Assembly: GCF_009914755.1 (NCBI RefSeq)
Contig: NC_060930.1
Source of the DNA: the human T2T-CHM13v2.0 reference genome, Homo sapiens
DNA length: 64,000 bases
Direction: 5' to 3' (one strand)
Shown: one piece after another, positions 44,250-58,619 of the stretch
How positions within the stretch are numbered: position 1 is the stretch's first letter
How the letters are laid out: every line of letters starts with the position of its first letter
Position numbers and translations under genes: made by a program
Notes under the pieces: model-generated
Database searches by the model: none
Told to the model about the DNA's origin: nothing
Seen by the model: the letters and a program-made list of their open reading frames with translations, nothing else

Positions 44250-44735
44250 GAATATCAAGTCAAGAGAATAACTATCAATTTGGGCATTTCAAACAGAGAG
44301 AGTTTAATTTAGTGTATTGATAACATAGGTATTAGAAGAACTGAGGAGGCAGACAGGACTATGGGGGCGCTCAGAGACTTGCAATGTGAGGAAGGGCTGA
44401 AGAGACACAGGGAAAGATGGTGTTACCAGATCCCAGAAGCTGGCTCCATTGGATGGTTCTGGAACCACAATGGGAACTGCTTGGTAGAAGCTGGAATCCT
44501 AGACAGATGTAGCTACTGCTGGAGGTGTCCATCAAAGTAGAGTGAGAAGGAGAGAATCTTTGGTTCCCCCTTTGTCTTGTGCTCCAGTCTTCTGTGAGCA
44601 CCTCCCATTGAACAAATCTAAGTGGAAGCCAAGAGGACAAGCATTCTGGAAACCACCATCCCTGAGGTACAGACAGAGCAGGGGGAATGTGGAGAATGGA
44701 TCTAAGGACAAAGTCCAAGGAAGGGCAAACTCTAG
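44250..44735. mobile_element. Old MaLR-type LTR (MLT1M/N-like), degenerate
   Basis: AAACAGAGAGAGTTTAATTTAG...AGGTATTAGAAGAACTGAG resembles old MLT1 LTRs; subfamily uncertain. Confidence 0.45.
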
Positions 44736-45046
44736 CTGTCCTCCTCTGAAGGAACTTCTGGTTCTTTCTTGGCTGGAGCAGGGTAAGAAAGATTCTGGAG
44801 AAGTCAGGACCACTCCCCGGGGAGGAATGTGGGGAGATGCAACCTCGTGGAAGGCAGCAGAGATAGATAGAGAAGTAAAAGCTGTGTGGAGGCATAAGGA
44901 CCCCTGTCAGAACGAAGATTCTTGGATTCTCCACCAAACCCTACACTTAACCCAAATTATTTTATTTATTATTATTGTTATTTGCTTTTTTTCCTCTTGC
45001 AACAGTGGTCAATGTCTGCCTTCTACACTCAGTGAAAATCAGTCTA

Positions 45047-45316
<270 letters not shown>

Positions 45317-45479
45317 TTAAGGCAAACAGATTTCGGGCAGGAGATTCCCCCTGGGACCCTCAGTGGGCTCCTGCCTCTCTACTTTAAAGAGTTTTCTGTA
45401 TAGAGACCTGGTTCATCGTAATTTTACTAGGACCATTGCAAGTTGAATACAATAACCTCAGCTCAAGACAGTCCTTTTC

Positions 45480-46090
45480 CAGGGCCAGCGTTTAAAAAAA
45501 CTTTAAAAAAAAAAAGATCCAATCCATTGTGGGCCCATACTTTGATAAAATATAATATATTATAAAAATTACTGGAAGAGTTTCATAGAAAGAGACATAC
45601 AATACATAGGATCTCTTTTTTTTTTGATTAGATTCAACAGGCATATAGTGACTCTATCCAATGGTGGTGAAAATTTCCAAATTCTTATTCTTGGTCAGGT
45701 GCGGTGGCTCAAGCCTGTAATCCCAGCACTTTGGGAGGCTGAGGCTGGTGGATCATTTGAGGTCATGAGGTCGAGACCAGCCTGGCCAACACAGTGAAAC
45801 CCCCGTCTCTGATAAAAATACAAAAATTAGCTGGGTGTGGTGGCGCATGCCTGTAGTCCCAGCTACTCGGGTGGCTGAAGCAGAAGAACTGTTTGAACCC
45901 AGGAGGTGGAGGTTGAAGTGAGCCGAGATTGCACCCCTGTACTGCAACCTGGGCGACAGAGTGAGACTCTGTCTGAAAAAAAGAATAATAATAATAAAAA
46001 AATTAATTCTTACTCTTGACTTTGTGCTTGCCTCCTTGTAGACCAGCCAGCCAGTTTCTGGACAGGTTCTGGTCTACTGTCCACACAAGC
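45480..46090. mobile_element. MER113-like hAT-Charlie relic split by an Alu
   Basis: TGATTAGATTCAACAGGCATATA...AAATTCTTA; resumes after the Alu as CTTGACTTTGTGCTT..CAGTTTCTGGACAGG. Confidence 0.45.
45693..46002 (+). mobile_element. AluS
   Basis: Full dimer; TSD AATTCTTA(T/C)TCTT. Confidence 0.94.
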
Positions 46091-46306
46091 CTAGAAACAC
46101 CATCCAAGATGGTCCTTATGATTGCAGGAGGCCACTCTGAAGGAAACTCATGTTTCCCCTTCCTGCCCTCTGTGGCCTGTGAGTTTTGGAAGTCATGGCC
46201 AAGACTGAACAAAAAGCAGGATCTGTGAGTCAGCAAGGACCTGGTGCAGAACAGATCTGAGGAGGACGCTTAGCAATAGCTGAGAAGTATTTCACCCATT
46301 CTGCCT

Positions 46307-46620
<314 letters not shown>

Positions 46621-47061
46621 TAAAGCATCTCTGTGCTTCTCACTCAGTGGAACGGGGTCTACATCTTTTCCAACTGCCTCGTTTTGTGTTCTTTTGATGC
46701 TGACAACTTGGAAAAGGCAGCAGACATATCTAAAAATGACAGTTATCTTCAGGGAAAGGAAAATGGCAAATATTAGACAAAAAAAGTATGAAGTAAATTT
46801 TTCACCCTGAAGGGCCAAAGAAATCATTAGAGTTATCTGACAGCCACAGTCTCCAGGCACATGACTTGCCCCCTGGCTATCTCATTGCTATTTATATGAG
46901 CTGGGATGTCTATCTTGCGGCCAGGGCTCAAATCAGGTGGGAGCTATAGGAACTTAGATATGGCCCAGAGTGAAAGAAACCAGGAAACCGTTATATCTGG
47001 CTTTCTAAAGTCCAGATTTCAAATTATTCATCTGGAGTTTATAATTAGCTATCTTCTCCCA

Positions 47062-47099
47062 ACACACACACAGACACACACACACACACTCACACACAC
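47062..47099. repeat. Interrupted (CA)n microsatellite
   Basis: Direct reading. Confidence 0.9.
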
Positions 47100-48021
47100 T
47101 TTTTTATTCTCTCCCTCAAAACGTCACATTGAGCAAATTAAAACTTTCGGAGTTAATAATTATTTCTCTTCTCCAAGATACTGCTATTATTTACAGAGTG
47201 AGTGGGTATTGAAATAAGGTGAAATAAAAATTGCTGCTCTTTTTCTAGGACAAAAATAATCAAGTAGACCATGAATTGGGAAATTCGAAAGCCCTCTTAC
47301 TAACTCTCACACTTTTTTAAATCTACCAAATTCTGTGTTTAAAAAGTTGCCATGATTGAAGTGTTATTAGAGTAATAATAATTGAAGTTAAATACATACC
47401 TACAGAATGTACTGTCAAATGCAATTACATAGTGGTGCCGTGTTCCTCTCCGGTTGAGGAATAGGTTCTTTCTCCTGCCCTTTATTAAAGTTTAAAGGGA
47501 GTGCTGACTTGGTGCTAGGAAAAGGGGTGGGGAATGAGCTTTCTTGCAGCTGACCTTCAGGAGCGGCTGTGTTGCCTGCAGCACTGCTCTTAAACATGCC
47601 AGAATGCAGTAATGTCTGAGAAGGAATGTTAAAACCAAACCAAAAAACCCAAACCAAAAAACCCTCATCTCCAAATCAGCCCCCAAATTCATCTCCCAAG
47701 ATCTGTTTTTGACGTGTCTTGATCATCATTCTCCTGGCAGCTAAAATCCTAAGCCACATGTCAGTGCGTTCATCAAAAAGAGGCTTGACTGTATTTTCTT
47801 CATATTGTTTCAGTGATAGATTCTAATCACCAGAACTTAAAAACCTGTTCCCACAATCTTTTGACAAGTCAAAATTTCTCCATTTCAGCCTTTAGCATGA
47901 TAAAAAAAAATCAGAAACCTCCGTATGTATTGAAATTCTCACTGCTGCCGAGTATCCGCCTTTTCTCTGAAGATCATGTCTTCTTTTTGACTAGGTTGAA
48001 GACCTGAAAACTGTGACCCCT

Positions 48022-48034
48022 GTTGCCTAGCAAC
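48022..48034. promoter_or_regulatory. Candidate RFX (X-box/EF-C type) site
   Basis: Inverted repeat GTTGC-CTA-GCAAC. Confidence 0.5.
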
Positions 48035-49014
48035 TGAGAAGCTCAGCCTCAACTCCGGGTGGGGGAGATGATGGAGAAAGGTCAGTGAAAGAGGCGGGCC
48101 TGTCCTTATCAATATGCCACTGTGGCAGCGACTTTTATTTCTTTAGAGTAATATATCATAATAAGTTTTGTAGGTCTTTATACTGTGGTTCTCCCTTTTG
48201 AATAAAAGCATAACTAAGACTTGAGGGGATGTCTGATATAACAGAAAATGTAACCATAAAAAAAAAACCCAGAATAGAAATGATCTGACTGCTGAGTACC
48301 CTGCCGAGCTGCCTGAGGCAGTTACACATTTCCATTGAGTTATTTTATGATCAGGCCAGTATGTTATTGAAATATTATCTCTTTAGCCTTTCTCATTCTG
48401 ATAAGAAATGACAGGCTCTCAGAACAGCAATACATACAGAGTACAAAATATGGAGCTGTGGACAAAATTCAGTCGGGGTGAAGAACATTGGCTTTGGAGA
48501 ATTTCCATGAAAACCAATTATCCTTGGGTTGTATTTTCAAATAGGGCATGGTACACACTCTAATGTCCACTTTAATTGTGATGAGAATTTGCAGCCTCCG
48601 TCGATGATTACATTTAGCCCAATTACTGAACAACATTCAAGAAAGATTGCATTGTTTTTAGTAACCTCACTTAAGATGCAATTTCTTTAGCAAATAATGA
48701 AATGCTGTAATGTTTCAGAAGCACAGGTAAGAGTTGCAATCTGGATTTGAAGGGTCACTCAGGAAAAAAGGGGAAGGAGATGAAACAAAGAATGTAACAT
48801 TTCAAGTTAAGTCTTCTGAAAGTGGTCTGATTTAGAACTATTTTGGAAACGACACGCAATATATACAGCTTTGTTAGCTTATTTATCAACATATCGCTGG
48901 AGGATCCTGATCTTATTATTGTCTACTCCTTGCTTCTTTATTGTTACTTAATATGTAAGCCATTTCACATAAATAAAATCGATATGTATATATTTATAGA
49001 TACGTAAGGGAGAC

Positions 49015-49170
49015 ACATGGTGTCTCGGGCTGGGTGTCAGGAAACCTGCGATTTATTCTCCAATCTGCATGTGACTAGCTGTGTAACCTTTGGGCAAGCT
49101 ACAACTTCTCAGGGTCTCAGCATTATCCCCTGTAGAATGAAGAACTTGAACTACATAATTTCCGCCATCG
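49015..49170 (+). mobile_element. MIR
   Basis: GACTAGCTGTGTAACCTTTGGGCAAG...GGTCTCAGCATTATCCCCTGTAGAATG. Confidence 0.7.
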
Positions 49171-51984
49171 TTCCCTATGATTCTTTTCACTCCCTATCAG
49201 CTACATTTTTCCCTCGGTTCTTTCTTCTGTTGCCCAGATATAGATAATCACATTTCTTCTTATGCAAAGTTTGATATCCATGTGATTTTGTATAATCGCC
49301 ACTTTGTGTGTCTTTGAGACTTTTTGACCTTCTGACAAGTGACTTGTAAGAGGATATAAATTTAGGTGTTCCCAATTATTAGCATTGTTTTCCGTTTTTA
49401 TAAATTGACCTTCCACAAATCTGAAGTTAGCGTTTTCTTCTGTTCAGCCCAGTCTCCGTGAACTTACGGGATTCATGACTGTTTTGCTTTTCTCCTCCCT
49501 TCTTCTTCTTTTTTTTTTTTAGATAGCATTAATGTAGAAGCAGATGCTGTCTCTCTCTTCACAAATGCTGCACAGTGAATCATCGTAGCCTCTCTGTAAA
49601 ACTTTAACTTAATGGAGTCCTGGCATTTCTGATGAGACGAGGAACTTAATTTCATAGAACAACCTATTGGACAAGCTGTTCTTGGACATTCCCGTCTCAA
49701 CTAAATGTTAAAAGTATTAAAATTCACATTAGCACCAGAGGAAATTTTGCATGGGTAATCCTTTAATACAGTGTTTTATGGCTCTATTAGCTGCACAGCA
49801 GCTGGTGACATGATGAATTTAATCCATTAAAAAATTCACTAAGAGGTTTGAAAGTCAGCTTTTTAAAACATTATGTTGCTGCAAGGAAAGAGAACTTCTC
49901 CTCGGGGCCAGAAACAGGGTGGCTTCACACTGAGGCAGGTACAGGAAACACACCTGCACGCAAAACTTTCACATGCTTGGATGTTTGCACTTAGAGGAGA
50001 GCTAGAATGATAGGTGAGAATTCAGGACACAGGCTGAGAAGGGGCTGACACAGTGCAACAATTCTGACTCAATCTCCTACTTGTTTCTTGCTTTTAAGAG
50101 AAGGTTTAATATAGATATTAAATGATGGTGTTATTTTTGAACGTGCTAACATGTTTTCTTGTGCTGATGTATGTCTTCGTGTAAAATCAGAAATGCTTCA
50201 AGCCTTTAATTAGAGACCTAATTATTTATCTTGAGAGAATTTAAGTAAGAAAATGTTTTCCACCCTTGATATAAGTAAGCTTCTTTGCAAAGTTAACTGT
50301 GTGGAAAGGTTTTGGCCTGAGGAATTTGAGGTCTTACTTCAAAGAAATGCTGTAGATTTGAATGTCTATAGGGCATTGGAATGGATCCTGGGCACAGGAT
50401 GTCTAAGTTGCACCTTGGATGGCTTAGTGAGTAAGGACCAGTCCAGGAATAGACTAATGGTTTTAACCAGTAGGCTTTGAATTCTTACACTGATCTTTCC
50501 AAATAAGACTGTCTCAAAAAAAAAAAAATGTACCTTGTCCAGCCCTAACAGATTTTGCAAGCTGCTAGGTAGGATTATTGTTCTCAAAGTCATGAGTTTG
50601 GTAAAAGGAGAATTAGTTTGTAACGAATATGTATTTCTGAGCAGAGGCAGTAACAGGTCACCTTGGATCAAATTGCCCAACATCCACAAATGAGTTTGTC
50701 ACTGTATTCAACCCTCATGAGTGAAAAAATAGGCAGCTTAACTTAGCAGTGGTTTTTACCTAAACAACTCATTTATGTAATTCCCATGTTCATGTGAAGT
50801 CACTTATGTTATATCCTCACTTAGCATAACTTGATGTAGAAGGGGAATTGCTATTTCTTGTGGTGCAGCTATTATGGATCGTAAGAGCAGAAATGAAATC
50901 CACTTCATCTGCCTCGCAGGAGATCTGTAATGGTCCCGAAAGTGTAAATAAACCACCAGGTTGAAAATGGAAACAGCCATTGTATTCTTGAGTATTAAAA
51001 ATTGGTTTATTTTTCTTCCAACATGAGAGGCTTCATTTTTCTAGAATTGCTACCTGGCTATGAAAGGTCCTTCCCTCTGTCCCATGGAAGGGGACATGAA
51101 CATTCTAAAATTATTTTCCATAATCTCCCCCACCAAAAATGCTACCAATAGTTTGCCTTTTAATGGAAAATTTGATGTATTAGAAAACAGTTGAACTTGA
51201 GAGCTAAGAGCTGTTAGCTTGAGTGAAATCTGGTTTGATAATATCTCACCCTGTGTTTGAGGCTGATTGATCTAGATGCACCTCCTTGCCCCCTGTGCTT
51301 TTACAAAGACCCCTTTCATGGGTGTGCAGTAATGTGTTTCTTTTTCCAATCTACATGGTTCCTTGTGACTGAGCCTGTTGTAAGAAGGGTTATGCAGTCT
51401 GAGTGCCCGACTAATGATACTGCCTTCTGTAAAAAAAAAAAAAAAAAGAAAAAAAGAAACACAAACTCCATAACAATGATTTCCTTATTGAAAAAAAATG
51501 CATAACCAAAATCCAGTCAATAGTGTCATCATAACCGTACACGCCATTTCCATATACACAGTATTTTCTTAAGCAAGAAGGATTGTGGTTGACATTTTCG
51601 ATTTTATAGTAAAGCATCAGACAAATGTAAAATAATGACATCTTTTTGACAAGCGTAGGTATTTTGATAGCATTTAGTACGGTACTTCCATTCCCAAAGA
51701 ATCTGTAAATGAGAGCAATTTGTGTTTCTCCATGGTTTGATTGATTCCAGTGATTCTTGAATTGCCACTACAGGATAGTACAGGGTGGGCCATGCTGGGT
51801 TACTTGAGGCGTAATTAGCTAATCCTAGCATCCAAGAAAAACCCCTTAGCCACTTCAACTTCTTCTCTGCTTTCTCCTCCTCGCAGTGCAGTGCTGGGGA
51901 ATGTTTGACACCGTCCTCCTCTCTCATATATGTGAACATTGATAGCCTCTGCGAACTGGCCCCACAGTTGTCAATTTTTTGACT

Positions 51985-52470
51985 GTGGGCTGAGACCCAT
52001 TAGCTCAAATGCTTACTAGTGCCCAATCCAAATTTGTACACATCAGTTATTTTTAAAATAGCTCAAACAAGCAAATTTTAAAGCCATTTAGAAACTGCCT
52101 GATTTGCATACCTGCATAACCTCACCCAACAGCTGTCATCTATTGATAATACACGGCCTTCCCATGATAAAATCCCAAGCTGCTATTCTTCCCAATGAGC
52201 CCTCTGAGCTCCCTGACCCAGAGACTGCTCTCTGTGCTGCTGTGCCACATCACTAGACATCTGAGCCCCTCTTCTCCCCTCTTCTCCTGGAGAGTTGCCT
52301 ATGCTCCCCCATTCTGAGCAGCGGCCTCTGCTTTTTAGCCTCTGAACAGACTTCTTCTATGAGGGACTTTCTCCCCCATGCAACCCTGTCCAAGCACCAA
52401 GCTTGTTATGTGTTGCTGTTTCTTAATCACTCCCAAATCCCTCAAACCCCTGACATCCTTCTCCCTCCTC
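51985..52470 (+). mobile_element. MER110-like ERV LTR
   Basis: CTGAGACCCATTAGCTCAAA...TTTTAAAATAGCTCAAACAAGCAAATTTT..AGCCATTTAGAAACTGCCTGATTTGCATA; subfamily from memory. Confidence 0.55.
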
Positions 52471-52600
52471 CTCTTTCCCATTTCTTCACAATAAGCAAAA
52501 CAACCTTGAGGGCTATACGCTTACAGGAGGAGGAGGAGAAAATAGAAGAGGAATATGGAAATTGGGAAAAGACTGCCAGTATATATACAGACTTGACTAT

Positions 52601-53055
52601 TGTGAGACAAAGTAACCAATATAAGAAGCCACGCTTGCTCATTTCTGCTTGAACCCCCAACTCTGATGAAATGCAGCTCTCTGGAAGAATGCCTTGAAGA
52701 CAAAACAGAATAGAGCACACAGCCTCCCCACGTCTCTTGCCTGAGTCATTACATTCCTTAAAAGATAAATGACCTCGCCTTGCCTTTTCCTACACATAAG
52801 ATAACATCTGACAGGGTTAGTGATTATGCATCCACAATCTATAACCAAATGTACTTTAGTAATCTATAACCAGATGTACTCTTACACCCAAACTTTCATG
52901 AGATTTGCACTTACTGAATCTTCACCACCTGTATATAAACTGTGAGTTGTAGTACTGTGTTGGAGCAGTCTGACAGAACTGCCCCCAAGCTGTAGGCCTC
53001 CATCTATAGTTTTCAGTGAGGCTTCTAAATAAAACTTACTGTCATTTTTTCAATG
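52601..53055 (+). mobile_element. LTR47-like solo LTR
   Basis: TGTGAGACAAAGTAACCAATATAAGAAGCCACGCTTGCTCATTTCTGCTTG start; TATATAAA; AATAAA; internal duplication of AATCTATAACCA(A/G)ATGTACT. Confidence 0.6.
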
Positions 53056-53249
53056 GTCCTGGGTCCTCTGCTGAGCAACTGACATAGGGAAGGCACATCT
53101 GAGTAAGACAAGGGAGAGCACAGGTACACTTGAAAAAGAAAAGGAAACAGATGTAGTGACTGCTCTTCCTGACCCATGTTCACATAGCTATCTATGAATT
53201 GGTTTCTTCCTCTGTTCCCCGTCTGCTAACATTCATTCACTTATTCTTT

Positions 53250-53859
<610 letters not shown>

Positions 53860-54299
53860 CACTTATTCTTTCGTTCCACAGATTCTGGTGGACTCCCTCC
53901 TATGTGACTTGCCCTGAGCACTGGGGTACAGTGAAGAATGAAGTATCAATTAGATTATGGTGTAGGGGAAATTCCAACCAAATAGGAAAGGAAGCTATGA
54001 AAAGAGCCCACCTTCCTAAGCCCCAGTGGACTGTGGGGAGGGCGAGAAGAGTTTAGACAGCTGGGTGGTTAGGTGCCAGGAGCCTTTTTTCACTCCTCTC
54101 AGGCCTGAGATCTGAGCCATCAAGTTCTCTTGGGAGAAGTTTTAGACAGTCGGGCATGGTGTGGGGGAGGCTGCAGGTCCCTATGAACACTTATATCACA
54201 GTGATCCCAAAGTGAATTCCCCATAATCCCAGGAAGTGCCCAGCGTAGGACTCCACAGACACATTTGTTTGGCGAACACTCCATACTGCACAGTCCTGT

Positions 54300-54445
54300 A
54301 AGACAATGCTTGATGTGCATGCAGATCACCTGGGGATGATGCTAGCTCAGTAGGTCCATGTGGGGCCTGAGCATCCGCATTCCTAACCAGCGCTCCAGTG
54401 ACGCGATGCTGCTGGTCCATAAGCCCTATTTTGAGCAACGAGGCT
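54300..54445. mobile_element. MER5A1-like MITE
   Basis: TGCATGCAGATCACCTGGGGAT...GGGGCCTGAGCATCCGCATTCCTAACCAGC...GATGCTGCTGGTCC. Confidence 0.7.
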
Positions 54446-54689
54446 TCTGAGATTCTTTCTGCCTCTTGGTGTATTGAAGGCACTAAGACATCTTTTCATG
54501 AACCCAATTTTATTTGTCTAACATGGTCATTTACAAAGTGACTACAGCACAACTATGGGAGCTTTTGGGAGCATTTCAGGAAACTTTGCACTATTAGCCT
54601 CATGGTATTTTGCTGCATTATCAAGCAAGAATTCTGTTTATTGTGTGTGAGTGTGTGTGCATTGGAGTGTGGACGTGTGCCACAGAACT

Positions 54690-55262
54690 CTAGGTGGCAG
54701 AGTGTATTTTGCAAAAATAATTGACCACACTGTTTCCCATGTTATCTAAGAACCTCATTGACTCCTCCTCAAGAGGTGGCATGTATATTTCTTCCCCTTG
54801 AACCTGGGCTTGTGTGACAGTCTCGGCTAGTAGAGAGCGGCCAAAGTGTGATTTGTGATGTTAGGTCATAAAAGGTGATTCTGCTTCCACCTGCTCCCTC
54901 TCAGGACAATTGCTCTGAGCTTTCAGTCACCATGTGAGAAGTCTGGCTACCCTGAGGCCAGCACATGCAGAGACCACATGGAGAGATGAGAGGCAGAGAG
55001 AGCCGCCCAAGGAACTCCAGCTGTTCCAGCACCCAGCTGTTTGAATCCTCCCAGCCCAGGCACTAAACGTGAATGAAAAGCTCTCAAGACAACCTCAGCC
55101 CTCGGACCCAGCCACAGACTGATTGCCACTGTATGAGAGACCTCAGATGAAAACTGTCAAGTGGAGCCCGGCTAGCTAACAGATTTATAAGCAAAATAAG
55201 TGATTGTTATTGTTTCAAGCCACCATTTTGAAGTGGCTTTTCTGCAGCAATAGATGCCTGGA
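54690..55262 (+). mobile_element. MLT1G/H-like MaLR LTR
   Basis: CCCCTTGAACCTGGGC; CCATGTGAGAAGTCTGGCTACCCTGAG; TTGTTTCAAGCCAC...GCAGCAATAGA. Confidence 0.8.
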
Positions 55263-56879
55263 GGAGTCCTAATAATAAAAATTAATCAGATGGAGGATCT
55301 GCTTTTTTATTTTCTCTTAGGACTAAGGAAAGGCTTGGTATAATCTTTGAACTGAGATAAAGAATAAGTTACTCTTAAAATTTTCCAACAAATGGAGTCC
55401 TTATTGTCTGTAGTTAGTACCCAAAGCTTAGACACTTTCTCTCTACATACCCTTCCAAGGATAAGGCTGTATTTTGTAATGCCAGATGACACAATCTGAT
55501 AAACAAGCAGACACCCATTAAAATGAATGAATGTCAAAATTTTTTCATGCTTATTTGTTATTAACGACTGAGAATGTGAAGGTGCAATTCAAATAGTTTA
55601 TTATTGTTATAGGTTTGTGGCAATATATTACAGTTTACGCCTTGGCTTAGAAGTTGATTACAAGTTTTATGAGACTGAGTGCCTGTTATTGGCAATCTTG
55701 ATGTTTTCTTTTTCCCTGTAACATGTCACAGACAATTGATTTATATGTAGTCAATGATTTTTTATACTATATCATTTCAATAAAAAAATTAAAGAAGAAA
55801 GTGTGTAGTAGGGAGTGGAAAGAAGACAATGAAGGCTGCATCAGTCATGGTGGGATTTGAAAATGTATTAATAATCTGCATATACTCTATGAAATCCATC
55901 TGAGAACGTTTTATGTTCTTTGCAAGAGACAAAACAAGTCATCAGAGACTTCTTATAAACACAGGTGGTGCTTATTAACTGAGAAATAAAAATTTTACAC
56001 TCCTGATGATTAGCTAGACAAGTTTTCATGTGCTCCTGCACTTTTGGGAAATGGTTTTTATTTTCTTTTCTATTTTTTTCTCTCAATTCTGATTACCTTC
56101 CTTCTATATGAACAGCTTGAGTTAGTGGTGCAGTGATACCTAAAATATCTCTGACAGATTTTGGGTACGGGGAAGATATTAGCAATCTATTTTACAATGA
56201 TCATCATAATAAAATATGACACTCTGCAAATTTGAACAGATATGGCCATGCAGCCTTAATGCAAATAAACAAAGACTTCATATGTGAATAGGGAATTATG
56301 TTTGTATCTACAAATAATTGGCTAAATAGGGAACATCTAGTTTACCTGTTCTGTTTTATCTGTCATTACCACATATTGCTTCAGTGATTGTTCTTAAAAT
56401 TGCCTGAGTCGACTGGTTATTTTGTGACTGTTTCAATTCATATGAAGGACAACAACAACAACACAAAACAAAAGAAAAATTAAGAGAATTTTGTGAATGA
56501 ATAGGAACAAAATACACAAATGAAAAAGTCTTAATCATTCATCCAAATGAAGCTGAGTTTGGAGGTTGGTTTGATCACATATATACTCTTTGAGGAAGAA
56601 GGAGACTGTAGAGAAAGTTTTTGAAGGGATCTTAAAACACTTAAAAATTATAGTGTAAAGAGATCTGAATTTAAACCTCTGGAGTGTAGAGATGTGAGAA
56701 GTATAGATGGACATTTGGAGCATCTAGAGGCAAAGACACTGCATGACATTAGAAAACCTGGGTCAGAGTCTGAACAGAAAAACATGAATTTAATGCATGT
56801 TGTAGAGATGGTTTATAGGACAATCTTCAGGTGCAGGAGTCCTTTTACTATGAATAAGATTTACATCTCACAAGCCTTT

Positions 56880-58469
<1,590 letters not shown>

Positions 58470-58566
58470 CTATTCAAAGTGCTGTAGAAATATTGTATAT
58501 GAGCACAGACTGGTGTGTATGAAGGTGAGCAAGCACAAAATATTACTTTAGTTAAATACATAAACA

Positions 58567-58619
58567 TCTATCTATCTATCTATCTGTCATCTATCTATCA
58601 TCTCTCTCTCTCTCTCTCT
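58567..58619. repeat. Compound (TATC)n/(TC)n microsatellite
   Basis: Direct reading. Confidence 0.88.

Noticed and set aside
50503-50528. AGACTGTCTC followed by an A run, resembling an extreme Alu 3' remnant
   Set aside because: Only about 10 informative bases and no TSD, so indistinguishable from chance
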